From contig JAACPT010000002.1 in NCBI GenBank assembly GCA_009995385.1, positions 759-64,758 of the forward strand: a stretch of 64,000 nt of DNA. The letters run 5' to 3'. Positions 34,173-44,436 of the stretch are shown here, piece after piece. The translations under genes and the position numbers were made by a program. The notes under the pieces were generated by a model. The model made no database searches. It worked only from the letters and a program-made list of their open reading frames with translations, and was not told the DNA's origin. Every line of letters starts with the position of its first letter. Position 1 is the stretch's first letter. The stretch comes from Candidatus Parcubacteria bacterium. GTDB lineage: Bacteria; Patescibacteriota; Minisyncoccia; Phycocordibacterales; UBA918.

Positions 34173-34378
34173 AATGATTTGTCAAAACACCGTATAGGGA
34201 GAAGAACTACTGTGCAATATTGTCACTGGTCAATCATTACAATTTCTACGTGAGTGTGAAAAAAAATTCTCAGTTGTTTGTGCGGTACTCGTGGCAACTA
34301 AATTCCACCACCACAAAGTGTAGTTTACTGCTATTTCTCTTCCGAAAAAGACAAATTTGCTACTGGCTTTCTAGGTGA

Positions 34379-35029
34379 TTATTTTTCTACCAACTCTGCA
34401 AACACAATGAGATTGTGTGAATATCGAAGTGTCGTATGACTGTATACACCAGTGCAGGTGATGAGTCGTAGACCAGCGTGATCAATATCGCCATACACTT
34501 GTTCTGTCGGAAAATCAGCTTGCCTATGTCGAGAGAGCTTTGAAACTACGAATTTTGCAGTCGTTCCATCTTCTCGGTCAATGAATATATCATCACCTGG
34601 TTTTAATTGTCCTAAACCATAGAAGACAGCTGGACCTTGGTATGAATCGACGTGACCAAGAATAACCGCTGGTCCAAGTTCACCCGGAGTCGGTCCGTAC
34701 TTGTACCATCCAACGTCTTCATATGAATCTGGTACTGCAACAGTACCGTCAGATGTAAGCCCAAGCGGTCGTCCAAATGTTGCCTCTATCCCGACCGCTG
34801 GTATATGTAAACGTCGTGGTAAAGATTCAGGAAACCATTGCGTTGATGAAGCCACCGTTGAGACCTCTTCTACCACTGGGCTAGTCGGTGGAAACATACC
34901 ACTTCCATTACTGAGTTTCTCTACAAACAATCCATACGAAACAGCGATGACAATGCCCACGGCAAACACCACTACCGGCCGATAGTGGCGTTTGTATCCT
35001 GCTTGTAATTGTTCAATCAATTTAGCCAT
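34379..35029 (-). CDS. Sortase (class E/F-like transpeptidase).
   Basis: 'LHIPAVGIEA', 'ILGHVDSYQGPAVFYGLGQLKPGDDIFI' and the 'LITCTG' (TLxTC) active-site motif. Confidence 0.8.
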   Translation of the reverse strand: MAKLIEQLQAGYKRHYRPVVVFAVGIVIAVSYGLFVEKLSNGSGMFPPTSPVVEEVSTVASSTQWFPESLPRRLHIPAVGIEATFGRPLGLTSDGTVAVPDSYEDVGWYKYGPTPGELGPAVILGHVDSYQGPAVFYGLGQLKPGDDIFIDREDGTTAKFVVSKLSRHRQADFPTEQVYGDIDHAGLRLITCTGVYSHTTLRYSHNLIVFAELVEK

Positions 35030-35525
35030 TGCGAGCTACCTGTAGTAGATTGCGCAATACTATAGAAGGCAAAGCCTGCACTCGTGAAATTTCGATTGGT
35101 GAAGTTCCACCAGCACCGGCAGCTGGAGCACCATACGGCACTGCGCTTACCTGTTCACCCAAGACTCTACCAACTGCAAGGGGGAAGTCACCTCCCATGC
35201 CGCCAATGAAACCACTGGTGACCGTACAGGTGTCACTACTCCTAAAGCGATTGACGGTGAGAAGATATTCAACACTCGAAGCTGTACCGACATAGAAACT
35301 GCCAGCATCAACCCTGTCTTCATCACTGGTAGCGAAGATTTCAACATCATTAGCAGTAATCGTAAGGTCCTTACCACGAAGAGTCTCCCATTCAAGCATA
35401 CCGTTTGTGAGAGAGAGATCACTACAAACTGGGTTAGTAGATCCTCCTCCGCCACCACCAAAACTACTCAAGGTAACAACATCACCACCAAGTGCTCCGC
35501 CAGTGTTACTACCAGCATCCGGCAA
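35022..35525 (-). CDS. Gly-rich hypothetical protein with a TTG start and no signal peptide; it may not be a real gene.
   Basis: The track ORF is bounded by an upstream in-frame stop, and the start codon is TTG. Confidence 0.25.
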   Translation of the reverse strand: MPDAGSNTGGALGGDVVTLSSFGGGGGGSTNPVCSDLSLTNGMLEWETLRGKDLTITANDVEIFATSDEDRVDAGSFYVGTASSVEYLLTVNRFRSSDTCTVTSGFIGGMGGDFPLAVGRVLGEQVSAVPYGAPAAGAGGTSPIEISRVQALPSIVLRNLLQVARNG

Positions 35526-35596
35526 TGCTAACCAGACACAAGACAGTATGTCAAGAGTTCGACTGTGTATAATTTTATATTTTATTCAAAACACCC

Positions 35597-36511
35597 CTAG
35601 TCATCTAAAAGTCGGTACACTGGGGCGATAGTGGCGCAAATGCTTGGCGTAGTCAAAATAATTGAATCAAATGAACCTTCGCTCGATTCGGGACGTCGGA
35701 GGGACGGCTTGCGGGCATGATTGGTGACCCGTTCGACAAATTCCTCCCGTTCTTCGTGGCGTTCCAAACTAGTCATGTCTTTATCGAAATGCCAAGGAAA
35801 CGCACCACAAGCATGGAAGAGATGTAACTCTGTGTCGGAGGGATCACCGAGAAGCTTGACCAATCTTTCTGAATTGAGAGCAGTCAGGTCAGAGTGCACC
35901 AACTCAGAAATATCAATCGTCCAGCGCCCACCATTAATATCTTCAAAGATAATGGTTGTAGTCGGACTAAGGGTGGTATATCGAAGTCTACCAACCAACC
36001 GTCCATCGTCAGGATCTTGCCATAAATACTGCTCAAATTTATTTTGTGATTGATACAGCGACATATGTTCACCCAATACGTCGTCTATTGTGTAGCCTAA
36101 ACCAAAAAATTGCAGCGTCGACCCGCCAGCAAAACTGAGCACCACACTACTTGCCATGATCATCCATAACGGGTAGCGGTAGCCGTATTTGGTGTGGCGA
36201 ATGTTATAAATAGCGGCGTAGGTCATAACTGCAAAAGTGACTATCCATACGTACGGGAGGGTCTCAACCATGAAGGTAAAGAAATTGCTATGTGAAGCTT
36301 CATAAAAAGCGTATTGATGATGTAGTACCACAAAAAGTGAAACTGAGAAGGCAAGTGCACCAACTACCACAGAAAGCAACCAGAGCATCCACACCGCACA
36401 CTCTCGACTACGAAAAAACACGCGCGGACGAGGAGACATCTTTTCCGCTTTGATACGTTGAAGGACGGTATTCTTGAGTAGTCCCTTTGGTTGTTTGCCA
36501 ATTTCATTCAT
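35597..36511 (-). CDS. Multi-pass membrane protein, a putative anti-sigma factor for the upstream ECF sigma.
   Basis: Lies immediately downstream of the sigma gene on the same strand and has three predicted TM helices. Confidence 0.45.
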   Translation of the reverse strand: MNEIGKQPKGLLKNTVLQRIKAEKMSPRPRVFFRSRECAVWMLWLLSVVVGALAFSVSLFVVLHHQYAFYEASHSNFFTFMVETLPYVWIVTFAVMTYAAIYNIRHTKYGYRYPLWMIMASSVVLSFAGGSTLQFFGLGYTIDDVLGEHMSLYQSQNKFEQYLWQDPDDGRLVGRLRYTTLSPTTTIIFEDINGGRWTIDISELVHSDLTALNSERLVKLLGDPSDTELHLFHACGAFPWHFDKDMTSLERHEEREEFVERVTNHARKPSLRRPESSEGSFDSIILTTPSICATIAPVYRLLDD

Positions 36512-36521
36512 AAGTACTTAT

Positions 36522-37106
36522 TTATATACGTAATGTGTCAGGATTTAATGCAGTAGCGAGCTGTTTTTTACCGCGATGGAGGAGCGTACCGACTGAACCG
36601 ACTGGTATTTCTAAAATATCTGATATCTCTTCATACTCTTTATCCTCAAAAAAACGCAAAATAATAACCTCGCGATATTTTTCGTCAATTTTTTCGAGTG
36701 CTTTATTGAGTTCCTTTACATTAATCATTTTATCAAACTGTTCATCAACTGATTCCTCCTTACTTTTAAGGAGCATCAATAATTCATCACTGTCACCAAT
36801 GAGATGCCCTTCAGGGCGAACATTCTGCTTACGGTACCAACTAATTGCTTCATTGTGCGTAATTCGGTAAATCCATGAGGAAAATCGTAACGAAGTATCA
36901 AAGCCGTTGAGGTTACGATAAGCTTTAAGAAATATTTCTTGCAGTACATCTTGTTGGTCTTCCAACTGGCGGATACCAAGTCGAGCGATGTACCGAGTGA
37001 GCTTTGCTTCATACCGGTCGACAAGCACACCAAAATACTCCTTGTCAGATAAAGTTAGTTGTACCAGCTCTTCGTCACTAGGTGGGAGTTGTAGTAGTTG
37101 TTCCAT
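36522..37106 (-). CDS. ECF-type RNA polymerase sigma-70 factor.
   Basis: Region 2 reads 'DVLQEIFLKAYRNLNGFD...FSSWIYRITHN'. Region 4 reads 'REVIILRFFEDKEYEEISDILEIPVGSVGTLLHRGKKQL'. Confidence 0.85.
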   Translation of the reverse strand: MEQLLQLPPSDEELVQLTLSDKEYFGVLVDRYEAKLTRYIARLGIRQLEDQQDVLQEIFLKAYRNLNGFDTSLRFSSWIYRITHNEAISWYRKQNVRPEGHLIGDSDELLMLLKSKEESVDEQFDKMINVKELNKALEKIDEKYREVIILRFFEDKEYEEISDILEIPVGSVGTLLHRGKKQLATALNPDTLRI

Positions 37107-37132
37107 GAGCCGGTTATAGGTAGAATAGTGGC

Positions 37133-37657
37133 ATGAATATACATAAAATGAAAGTTGCCCTCGGTCTGTTTATCTTTTCCTTTTTAATCACCCCAGCTAC
37201 TGGAGAGGCATACTTCACCACGGCGCAATCAGCAACAAAGATTACCGAAAATACAACCTTATTCACTGTGACGTACCGTTTTGGTTTTCTCAATCGTGAG
37301 TTGTATATGCCAATCATTACAGAACGTGGACTGAAAGCCGATGCAACAAAGTTTTCTGTCGGATACGAACTAATAACGGCTACTGATAAAATTGTAAGCA
37401 TTGGCTCAACTACCGCACTAGTGCTCACAAATGATAAAGACATCCAGATTAAAAACAACCGCTATTATCTACCAGAAGGAAAATCAGCAGAATTTACTTT
37501 TGTCGCTTTTGTCACCACACCAGCTGATGAGACAACCAACGCATCACTTTTGGTATCACATTTGCCATTTATTATGGTAGATAAAGGTCAAGAAATACCA
37601 GCCAGACTCAATCCGTCTGAAATGCTGTACTATCGAACACCAGAGGTAGCGATATAG
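37133..37657 (+). CDS. Secreted hypothetical protein.
   Basis: Signal peptide 'MKVALGLFIFSFLITPATGEA'. Confidence 0.55.
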   Translation: MNIHKMKVALGLFIFSFLITPATGEAYFTTAQSATKITENTTLFTVTYRFGFLNRELYMPIITERGLKADATKFSVGYELITATDKIVSIGSTTALVLTNDKDIQIKNNRYYLPEGKSAEFTFVAFVTTPADETTNASLLVSHLPFIMVDKGQEIPARLNPSEMLYYRTPEVAI

Positions 37658-37693
37658 CAGTAGCTCTTGGTAAAAAGAATGACAGTAGTAAAA

Positions 37694-37735
37694 AATGGCT
37701 GGACCCTCTGGGGTCCAGCCATTTTTTAGACTCCC
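37694..37735 (+). terminator. Intrinsic terminator (aaaaatggctggaccc tctg gggtccagccatttttt).
   Basis: Perfect 16-bp stem followed by a T-run. Confidence 0.75.
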
Positions 37736-37808
37736 CTACCCTAATTTTTTCACTGTATATTTACAATAAAACAAAAATGTGTCATAGTAGGCTTCTATGG
37801 AATTCCCT

Positions 37809-38507
37809 ATGCGTATTAACAAATATCTTGCCCACACTGGCGTAGCCTCAAGACGTGAATCAGATGAACTTATTGCCAAAGGACAGATTTCAATAAATGG
37901 AAAATTAGCTGAAATGGGTCAGTCTGTGCAAGAAGGCGACGCTGTCACTGTAGTTGGAAAAACCAAAGACAAGAGTTACCTCGCCTACTACAAAGGTCGT
38001 GGCATCATTACCCACTCCCCCGCTTTAGGTGAAATTGACATCGCTACTAAGTTGGCAAAAGACTATGGTATCACTCACGTGTCACCAGTCGGGCGGCTCG
38101 ACAAAGATTCAGAGGGTCTCATTATTCTCTCAAACGACGGTCGTATCACTGGTCCCCTCCTTGACCCAAAAGCATCACATGAAAAGGAGTACGATGTTAC
38201 GGTCGATAAAGCTGTTTCTGGTATGTTCTTACGCGCCATGGCAAACGGTGTCGAGATAGAACGGTACCGCACCAAACCAGCCAAAATAGAGCAACACCCT
38301 CGTAACGACAAGCGTTTCACTCTTATCATCACTGAAGGTAAAAAACATCAAATTCGTCGTATGTGCGCTGCGCTTGGATACCAGGTGCAAGCACTCAAGC
38401 GTGTCAGAGTTGCAAATATTGCCCTCGGGAAGCTCAAGCCAAACCAATACCGCAAAATCGAAGGACAAGAACTCAGTGCGTTCCTCCAGGAACTTAACCT
38501 TTCATAA
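37809..38507 (+). CDS. rsuA: RsuA/RluB-family pseudouridine synthase.
   Basis: S4-like N-terminus 'MRINKYLAHTGVASRRESDELI' and the catalytic motif 'GRLDKDSEGLIIL'. Confidence 0.85.
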   Translation: MRINKYLAHTGVASRRESDELIAKGQISINGKLAEMGQSVQEGDAVTVVGKTKDKSYLAYYKGRGIITHSPALGEIDIATKLAKDYGITHVSPVGRLDKDSEGLIILSNDGRITGPLLDPKASHEKEYDVTVDKAVSGMFLRAMANGVEIERYRTKPAKIEQHPRNDKRFTLIITEGKKHQIRRMCAALGYQVQALKRVRVANIALGKLKPNQYRKIEGQELSAFLQELNLS

Positions 38508-38519
38508 AAATGGTGTTTA

Positions 38520-39509
38520 TTAGGCTGTCGCCAGTACGCGCGCCACTGGATCCTCATCATCCTCATCCACAATTTCTTGCTGAATGATTTCTTCAATAAT
38601 ATCCTCGAGTGAGATGACTCCCACAAAACGCTTATTTTGATTGCGTACAATGGCTATATGATGCTTTGATTTGAGCATTCTTCCCAGTACCACATCGAGC
38701 TTGTCTCCAGCGCGCACAGCAAGGCAATTAGCATCAAAAGCATCTTCAGTCTCTTTTATTGTTATGTTCTCATCTTCGACGATGAGATCCTTTACGTACA
38801 TGATACCAATGATATTTGAAGGATCACCGCTATAGATTGGCAATCGAGAGAACCCATGTTCATACACCTGCGTGTAAAATTCCTCATTCAGTCGCTGATT
38901 TTCGTCAAACGAAACTACCCGCTCCGCGGGGGTCATCACTTCGCGCACCATCATATGCGAAAACTGTAGCGCTCCGTGGACAATCCGCTCTTCATCTTCA
39001 TCAATTGTACTGTGCTCTGAGTCCTCATGTTCAGAAATGATTTCCATGAGCTCTTTTTTTGAATAAATAGTCGGCATTTCTGAACCAAGAAAATAGTCGA
39101 GTGCTTTAGCGATTGGATATACCACCGGAGAAGCAATAATAATTGCAATCCGGGTAAACCAAATTGTCCGTGCTCCAAACCAGAGCGCATACCTCGAAAT
39201 AACTGCCTGCGGCACAATTTCACCGAAGATAACAATAAGTCCAGTGGCAATAAACCCAGCAACCACACCAGAAGCAATAGTGCCTAAAAAAATTGACAAT
39301 GTGGTGTTGACGACGACGTTACCAAGCAACAGCGTAGCTAGCACCAAATTCCCTTTTTGGCGGATGGGGTAAATAATAGCCGCATCTTTATCGCCATGTT
39401 TCGCCCGGCGACGTAATGATTGCGCATCAAGTGATAAGATTCCTAGTGTTAAGCCCGAGAAGAGCCCTGATAAGATCACTAGGACCGTGGATATGAAATA
39501 TTCCATTTC
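38520..39509 (-). CDS. CNNM/CorC-HlyC family transporter (DUF21 membrane domain plus a CBS pair).
   Basis: Four N-terminal TM segments followed by CBS domains. Confidence 0.8.
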   Translation of the reverse strand, partial: EMEYFISTVLVILSGLFSGLTLGILSLDAQSLRRRAKHGDKDAAIIYPIRQKGNLVLATLLLGNVVVNTTLSIFLGTIASGVVAGFIATGLIVIFGEIVPQAVISRYALWFGARTIWFTRIAIIIASPVVYPIAKALDYFLGSEMPTIYSKKELMEIISEHEDSEHSTIDEDEERIVHGALQFSHMMVREVMTPAERVVSFDENQRLNEEFYTQVYEHGFSRLPIYSGDPSNIIGIMYVKDLIVEDENITIKETEDAFDANCLAVRAGDKLDVVLGRMLKSKHHIAIVRNQNKRFVGVISLEDIIEEIIQQEIVDEDDEDPVARVLATA

Positions 39510-39668
39510 TATTAGTCTCGCTATTACACTATACTTTATATAAATTTGCAAATAGATACTCAACTCTTTAGTACCTTTATATGTGCGCTCAGTCTTTTTT
39601 ACCAATCACACTCCACAGACTAAAATACCCAGCGTGCTGAATGTCGACACGGCAATACCTGGTAGGAG

Positions 39669-40256
39669 TTATCGTTCAAGACTATGTGCCGCACCTTTTG
39701 CCGCATCGATAGCTTCTTTGTAACTGGTAGGATTTTGCGGTGGTACTACTTCACCAGTAGCGGTAAAGCGGACCGGAATCTCAAGTGCATCATCATGTTC
39801 AGGAAGACCAGAGGGGTTATCTTTTTTAAGGATTAATGAACCGCGTTGCATAAAATCAGGATCTCCAACGCGATATAGATTTTCAAATGTAAGTGTGGCA
39901 GTAAATGGCACAAAGTCTTCAGTCATCCATTCTTCTTGTGCCGTAGCCAAACCTTCTGCGATAATAAGACCATCCCAATTCGTGAGCACTACTGGAAAGC
40001 TCGCTTCAAAATACCATGTTCCACGGGCTTGCCCAGTGACGGTAAACGGACTTTTAATTAGCTGATTTGGTAGTGGCGATTCAATTTGGACAATGTTGGC
40101 ATGGGTTTCAATTTCAGCCACAATGGCTGGATCTAGGACTATTTCTACTGGCACCTTTTCTAGACTTGATGGAGCAATCGCCAGATTAGATAATGAAAAC
40201 CACCAACCAATAATAGCCATAGTGACAAGTAACGAGATAAGACCAAAGTACTGCAT
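39669..40256 (-). CDS. Membrane-anchored Gmad2-like Ig-fold protein.
   Basis: N-terminal TM segment, then 'SPLPNQLIKSPFTVTGQARGTWYFEASFPVVLTNWDGLIIAEG'. Confidence 0.45.
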   Translation of the reverse strand: MQYFGLISLLVTMAIIGWWFSLSNLAIAPSSLEKVPVEIVLDPAIVAEIETHANIVQIESPLPNQLIKSPFTVTGQARGTWYFEASFPVVLTNWDGLIIAEGLATAQEEWMTEDFVPFTATLTFENLYRVGDPDFMQRGSLILKKDNPSGLPEHDDALEIPVRFTATGEVVPPQNPTSYKEAIDAAKGAAHSLER

Positions 40257-40267
40257 ACTTATATAAA

Positions 40268-40828
40268 CTATTCCGTAATCACGATTGTGCTAGTAGGCAG
40301 TGTTTGACGTATCACCATCAAATCTTGCTCAGCGTACTGTGTTCCACTTAAATCGATTACTGCAAGATTCTTTAGATTTCCCAGTTCATGCGGAAGTCCT
40401 GTGAATGGATTATCTGAAAGGTCAATTTTTTGCAGCTGGGATAGTTGTCCAATCTCTGCTGGCAAACCAGTGAAATTATTGTTACTAATATTAAGTTCTC
40501 GAAGCTCGGTCAGATAACGAACCTCAGCCTTGAGCGACCCGTCAAGACCACGCCCCGACAAATCAAGAAATTGTATATTCTTGGCGACGCTAACTCCCGG
40601 ATACACTTCGACCGAACCACCTAGCTTAAAAGAACCTGGTTCGGGGTCCGATTCATCTTTCGCAATATTAGATTGCAGAGATGATGCTGATTTATCGATT
40701 GAGACCGTTTTTTCTGACATCGTGATTGACCACCATACCCCAGTGATAATTACTACAAATAGTAAAATAGTTCCAAATGTATTCATATAGTGTATTGTAC
40801 ACCCGTTTCGGGTATGCAGTGGAGACAC
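40268..40828 (-). CDS. Secreted leucine-rich-repeat protein.
   Basis: LRR repeats such as 'LRELNISNNNFTGLPAEIGQLSQLQKIDLSDNPFTGLPHELGNLKNLAVIDLSG'. Confidence 0.7.
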   Translation of the reverse strand: MSPLHTRNGCTIHYMNTFGTILLFVVIITGVWWSITMSEKTVSIDKSASSLQSNIAKDESDPEPGSFKLGGSVEVYPGVSVAKNIQFLDLSGRGLDGSLKAEVRYLTELRELNISNNNFTGLPAEIGQLSQLQKIDLSDNPFTGLPHELGNLKNLAVIDLSGTQYAEQDLMVIRQTLPTSTIVITE

Positions 40829-40855
40829 CGCATTGATTTACACAATGATGGTCTA

Positions 40856-40881
40856 TAAAAAGCACCTCTTGGGTGCTTTTT
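40856..40881 (-). terminator. Intrinsic terminator after typA (aaaagcacc tcttg ggtgctttt, then a T-run on the minus strand).
   Basis: Read directly from the sequence. Confidence 0.65.
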
Positions 40882-40896
40882 ATCATCTCTTAAATA

Positions 40897-42684
40897 TTAC
40901 TTACTCCCTCGTTTGCGGTCACCTTCTTTCATGAACTGTTTCCGAAGCCGAATCGACACTGGACAAACTTCAAGGTACTCATCTTCTTGTATGATTTCAA
41001 GCCCGATTTCAATTGAAAGTGGTCGATGTGGCGTCAGTGTTACCGCATCATCTGAACCACTGGCGCGCATATTGGTAAGCTGCTTTCCTTTGGTTGGATT
41101 CACGGTCATTTCTTCTCCTTTACTAGTGTTACCGATAACCATACCTTCATACACTTCAGTACCTGGACCAATATAGAGTTCACCCCGATCTTGCAAGCCC
41201 CAGAGTGCAAACGCTAATGCTTTGCCAGTGGCCATAGAAATCATTGAACCAACCTGTCGCTTCTTAATTTCACCGTAGTATTTACGGAACTCAATGAAGC
41301 GCGATGCGAGGATACCTTCACCGCGAGTATCAATGACAAACTGATTTTTGTACCCTAAGAGTCCACGAGTTGGACCTTCAAAGAGAAGACGAGCCTGGTT
41401 CTCATGCATAATCATATTCTGCATAATGAAACCACGATTTCCTAGTCGCTCAATCACTGAACCTTGAAACTCGCTCGGGACATCAACAGTGACTTCCTCA
41501 AATGGTTCCATCCGCACGCCATCTACTTCTTTGATAATTACCTTTGGTTGTGAAACAGAGAGCTCATATCCTTCACGACGCATATTCTCGAGCAAGATGG
41601 CAATGTGCATTTCACCCCGACCCTTGACGTTATATGCATCACCACCAGCTGATTCTACTTGTAAACCAACATTAATTTCCATTTCTTTCATCAGACGCTC
41701 TCCAATTTGTCGACTGGTCACGTACTTTCCTTCTCGCCCTGCAAATGGTGAGGAGTTTACAAGGAATTGCAACGCAACGGTTGGTTCATCGACGTTGATA
41801 GCCGGTAATGGTTCAGCATCTTCAGTATCAGTAATCGTGTCACCAATACTACTGTCAGTAAGACCGGCAATTAGTGCGATGTCTCCAGCAAATGCCTCTT
41901 CCACTTCTTTCTGTCGCACTCCCTCAAACGTTGAGAGCTTGACAATTTTTCCTTTTCGAGTGCCAGTGTCTTTATGTTTAATAAGCACTGCTTGTCCCTT
42001 TGCTACCTTACCTTCGTAAATACGAACCACCGCGAGACGACCGAGGAAGTTGTCATAACCAAGATTAAAAACTTGTGCCCGAAGCACTTCATCTGCGACA
42101 TAGCCCCTAGCAGCAGGGACGTGCTCCAGTACGAGGTCTAGCACTGGAGACAAATCTTTCATTTCATCATCCATTTTCCGCTTCGCCACTTTATCGCGAC
42201 CGATAGCGTACACCACTGGGAAATTTGACTGCTCATCAGTTGCTCCAAGCTCCCAAAATAGTTCCAGTACCTGCTCTTCACAACGTGCTGGGTCAGCAGC
42301 TGGTTTATCAATCTTATTAATCACCACAATTGGACGATGTCCTAGTTCAAGCGACTTCTTGAGTACAAAACGAGTTTGTGGCATTGGTCCCTCCTGAGCA
42401 TCAACGACCAAAAGCACACAGTCGATACTACGAAGTACACGTTCTACTTCAGAACCAAAATCAGCGTGACCAGGAGTGTCAACGATGTTTATCTTGGTAC
42501 CTTTATAATTCACCGAAGTATTCTTGGCGTAAATGGTAATACCACGTTCTTGTTCAAGCGCGTTACTGTCCATGGACTGCCCTTCCTCGCGTGAGCCAGT
42601 GAATTCCATCAGACCGTCGGTCAAAGTGGTCTTACCATGGTCTACGTGAGCAATAATGGCAATGTTGCGGATTTCTGGTGACAT
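40897..42684 (-). CDS. typA: Translational GTPase TypA/BipA.
   Basis: 'IAIIAHVDHGKTTLTDGLM...DTPGHADFGSEVER' and the length match TypA. Confidence 0.95.
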   Translation of the reverse strand: MSPEIRNIAIIAHVDHGKTTLTDGLMEFTGSREEGQSMDSNALEQERGITIYAKNTSVNYKGTKINIVDTPGHADFGSEVERVLRSIDCVLLVVDAQEGPMPQTRFVLKKSLELGHRPIVVINKIDKPAADPARCEEQVLELFWELGATDEQSNFPVVYAIGRDKVAKRKMDDEMKDLSPVLDLVLEHVPAARGYVADEVLRAQVFNLGYDNFLGRLAVVRIYEGKVAKGQAVLIKHKDTGTRKGKIVKLSTFEGVRQKEVEEAFAGDIALIAGLTDSSIGDTITDTEDAEPLPAINVDEPTVALQFLVNSSPFAGREGKYVTSRQIGERLMKEMEINVGLQVESAGGDAYNVKGRGEMHIAILLENMRREGYELSVSQPKVIIKEVDGVRMEPFEEVTVDVPSEFQGSVIERLGNRGFIMQNMIMHENQARLLFEGPTRGLLGYKNQFVIDTRGEGILASRFIEFRKYYGEIKKRQVGSMISMATGKALAFALWGLQDRGELYIGPGTEVYEGMVIGNTSKGEEMTVNPTKGKQLTNMRASGSDDAVTLTPHRPLSIEIGLEIIQEDEYLEVCPVSIRLRKQFMKEGDRKRGSK

Positions 42685-42979
42685 AAAAAATACTAAAATT
42701 TGGTGCTTCTTGATAATAATGGAGAGAGGTGCTAGCCCTATCTCTGGTTTTCAGAGAGCGGTTACGCAACTATGAAAACTAAAATACTCCTAGGATGTAG
42801 GCTGGCGCCCACGAACAAGCGATCCTAGTTTTAAAGGAGGCTCATAGCCGACTAATAAAACGGAGTATTCTTGTGGCGCTATAATACTGACTTTCTGTCC
42901 TCTTGTCTATAGCTCTCCAAGGAAAGCGAGATTTGCAAAATGCCAAAGTACTGCACCGGCGATAAGAATCACAAAAAAT

Positions 42980-43639
42980 TTAATCCACATGAGCTATTAC
43001 TTTACGGAATCTCCAAGTACGCTGCATAATAAAAAGTAGCAAAATAATACCTAGAGGATAATACACATATGATGATCCAAGCATTTTGCCAATTGAAAGC
43101 CCAAATCCTTGCTGTACAGTACGTACGTGTGCAAGGGCTTCGAAGTAGCCCATTTTTTCTTCAGTCGTTCCGAGCGTCAGCATATATCGACCAAGATTAT
43201 CGGGTGTACTCACCTCAATACGGTATGTCCCTGGTCGCAGTTCACTGGTGATTGGTGCACTATCTAAAAAACTCATTCCATACATGGCGTCTTTTCGAAT
43301 GTCCCAATCAGTGACTTCTGGGTGCGTACGCATCACTTCAGAGACCCCACCGCCAGTGTCATCCTCTCGAACAAGCATCAACGCCAGTGAAAGCGGTGCG
43401 ACACTACCCTGATAGCGTTGCGATAGCTGTGTCGTAAAAGTGGTAGTAGCCACAACCGTCACCGCGTACATAATCGGAAAATTCTCTAATTGACCAATAT
43501 GCGCCTGTTTCTTTTCTAAATCCTGCTGTAGCGAAATAATCTCATACGGTTTTGTCACTTCAGTCTGATAGACAGTAAACGCCGTTACGGAAGTCACACT
43601 AGCGCCAAATAAGAAAAAAATCGTACATATAAGTTTCAT
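42980..43639 (-). CDS. Hypothetical secreted/membrane protein.
   Basis: The signal peptide reads 'MKLICTIFFLFGASVTSVTA' from the internal ATG at 43639. The longer track start overlaps a hairpin at 43654..43689. Confidence 0.45.
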   Translation of the reverse strand: MKLICTIFFLFGASVTSVTAFTVYQTEVTKPYEIISLQQDLEKKQAHIGQLENFPIMYAVTVVATTTFTTQLSQRYQGSVAPLSLALMLVREDDTGGGVSEVMRTHPEVTDWDIRKDAMYGMSFLDSAPITSELRPGTYRIEVSTPDNLGRYMLTLGTTEEKMGYFEALAHVRTVQQGFGLSIGKMLGSSYVYYPLGIILLLFIMQRTWRFRKVIAHVD

Positions 43640-43710
43640 CCTTGTATCATAGCAAACGCACATGAGTGCGTCAGCTCCCATGTGCGTTTATTAAATGATA
43701 TCAGCACTAT

Positions 43711-44304
43711 TTACTCATCTTTAGAATGGCGGTATTCGAAACCTGCTTCGTCAAAGATAGCTTGCATGGTAGCTCGATCATTGGACTGTCGTGCGACACG
43801 CAATGCTTCACGCTGTTCTTCTGTAAACTGCGCAGCAGTTGGTACCAGATTCTCAAAATGACGCGGCCTTCTCATCATACCGACGCCAGGAACTACCTCT
43901 GACTTAGAGTCACGTAATTCATGCGCTTCACAAAACTGTTTAAAATCTGCCTCGGAAGTAACAATATCAGCGATTGGTAACCCGATTGTAGCCTTCCTAA
44001 AGGCTTCATAATCTTTATGTACGATAGCTTCGTGAATAGAATTCTTTGTCTCACTAGCGGCACGATGCATCGCGCGCAAATGATCATCAGTAATTCCCGC
44101 TGCCACCAAGCGGTCACGAGCAGCAATGTAATCACCAGCAGTACGTAGCTCTTGTGCTTTTTCGATAGCATTTTTTTGCACTTTAGTGAGCCCAGCTCGA
44201 TTAATAACTGGCGAACCACTATATGCATGGACACCAGTGGCGGTCACTGCAAACGCGGCGATGGCGATAAGTAACGATTTTGGTTGCATATAATTATGTT
44301 TCAA
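43711..44304 (-). CDS. Hypothetical secreted alpha-helical protein.
   Basis: Signal peptide followed by a charged helical sequence. Confidence 0.5.
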   Translation of the reverse strand: MKHNYMQPKSLLIAIAAFAVTATGVHAYSGSPVINRAGLTKVQKNAIEKAQELRTAGDYIAARDRLVAAGITDDHLRAMHRAASETKNSIHEAIVHKDYEAFRKATIGLPIADIVTSEADFKQFCEAHELRDSKSEVVPGVGMMRRPRHFENLVPTAAQFTEEQREALRVARQSNDRATMQAIFDEAGFEYRHSKDE

Positions 44305-44436
44305 TTAGTCTAATTTCCTATTGAGAGATTGTACAATCTCTACCCTTATTACTACGAAAGTCCCCTCTCTCACATTTCAAAGCGCCAGCATTCCATAATG
44401 GAATGCTGGCGCTTTCAAGACGTACGCAGATTGAGA

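Noticed and set aside
41489-42019. 176-aa plus-strand ORF
   Set aside because: It is antisense to typA.
42685-42979. TATAAT-like box and a 29-codon ATG ORF in the typA upstream region; a possible leader or riboswitch
   Set aside because: I could recognise no conserved riboswitch motif. The short ORF has no ribosome-binding site or context. The 7-bp inverted repeat ctaggat...atcctag is weak.
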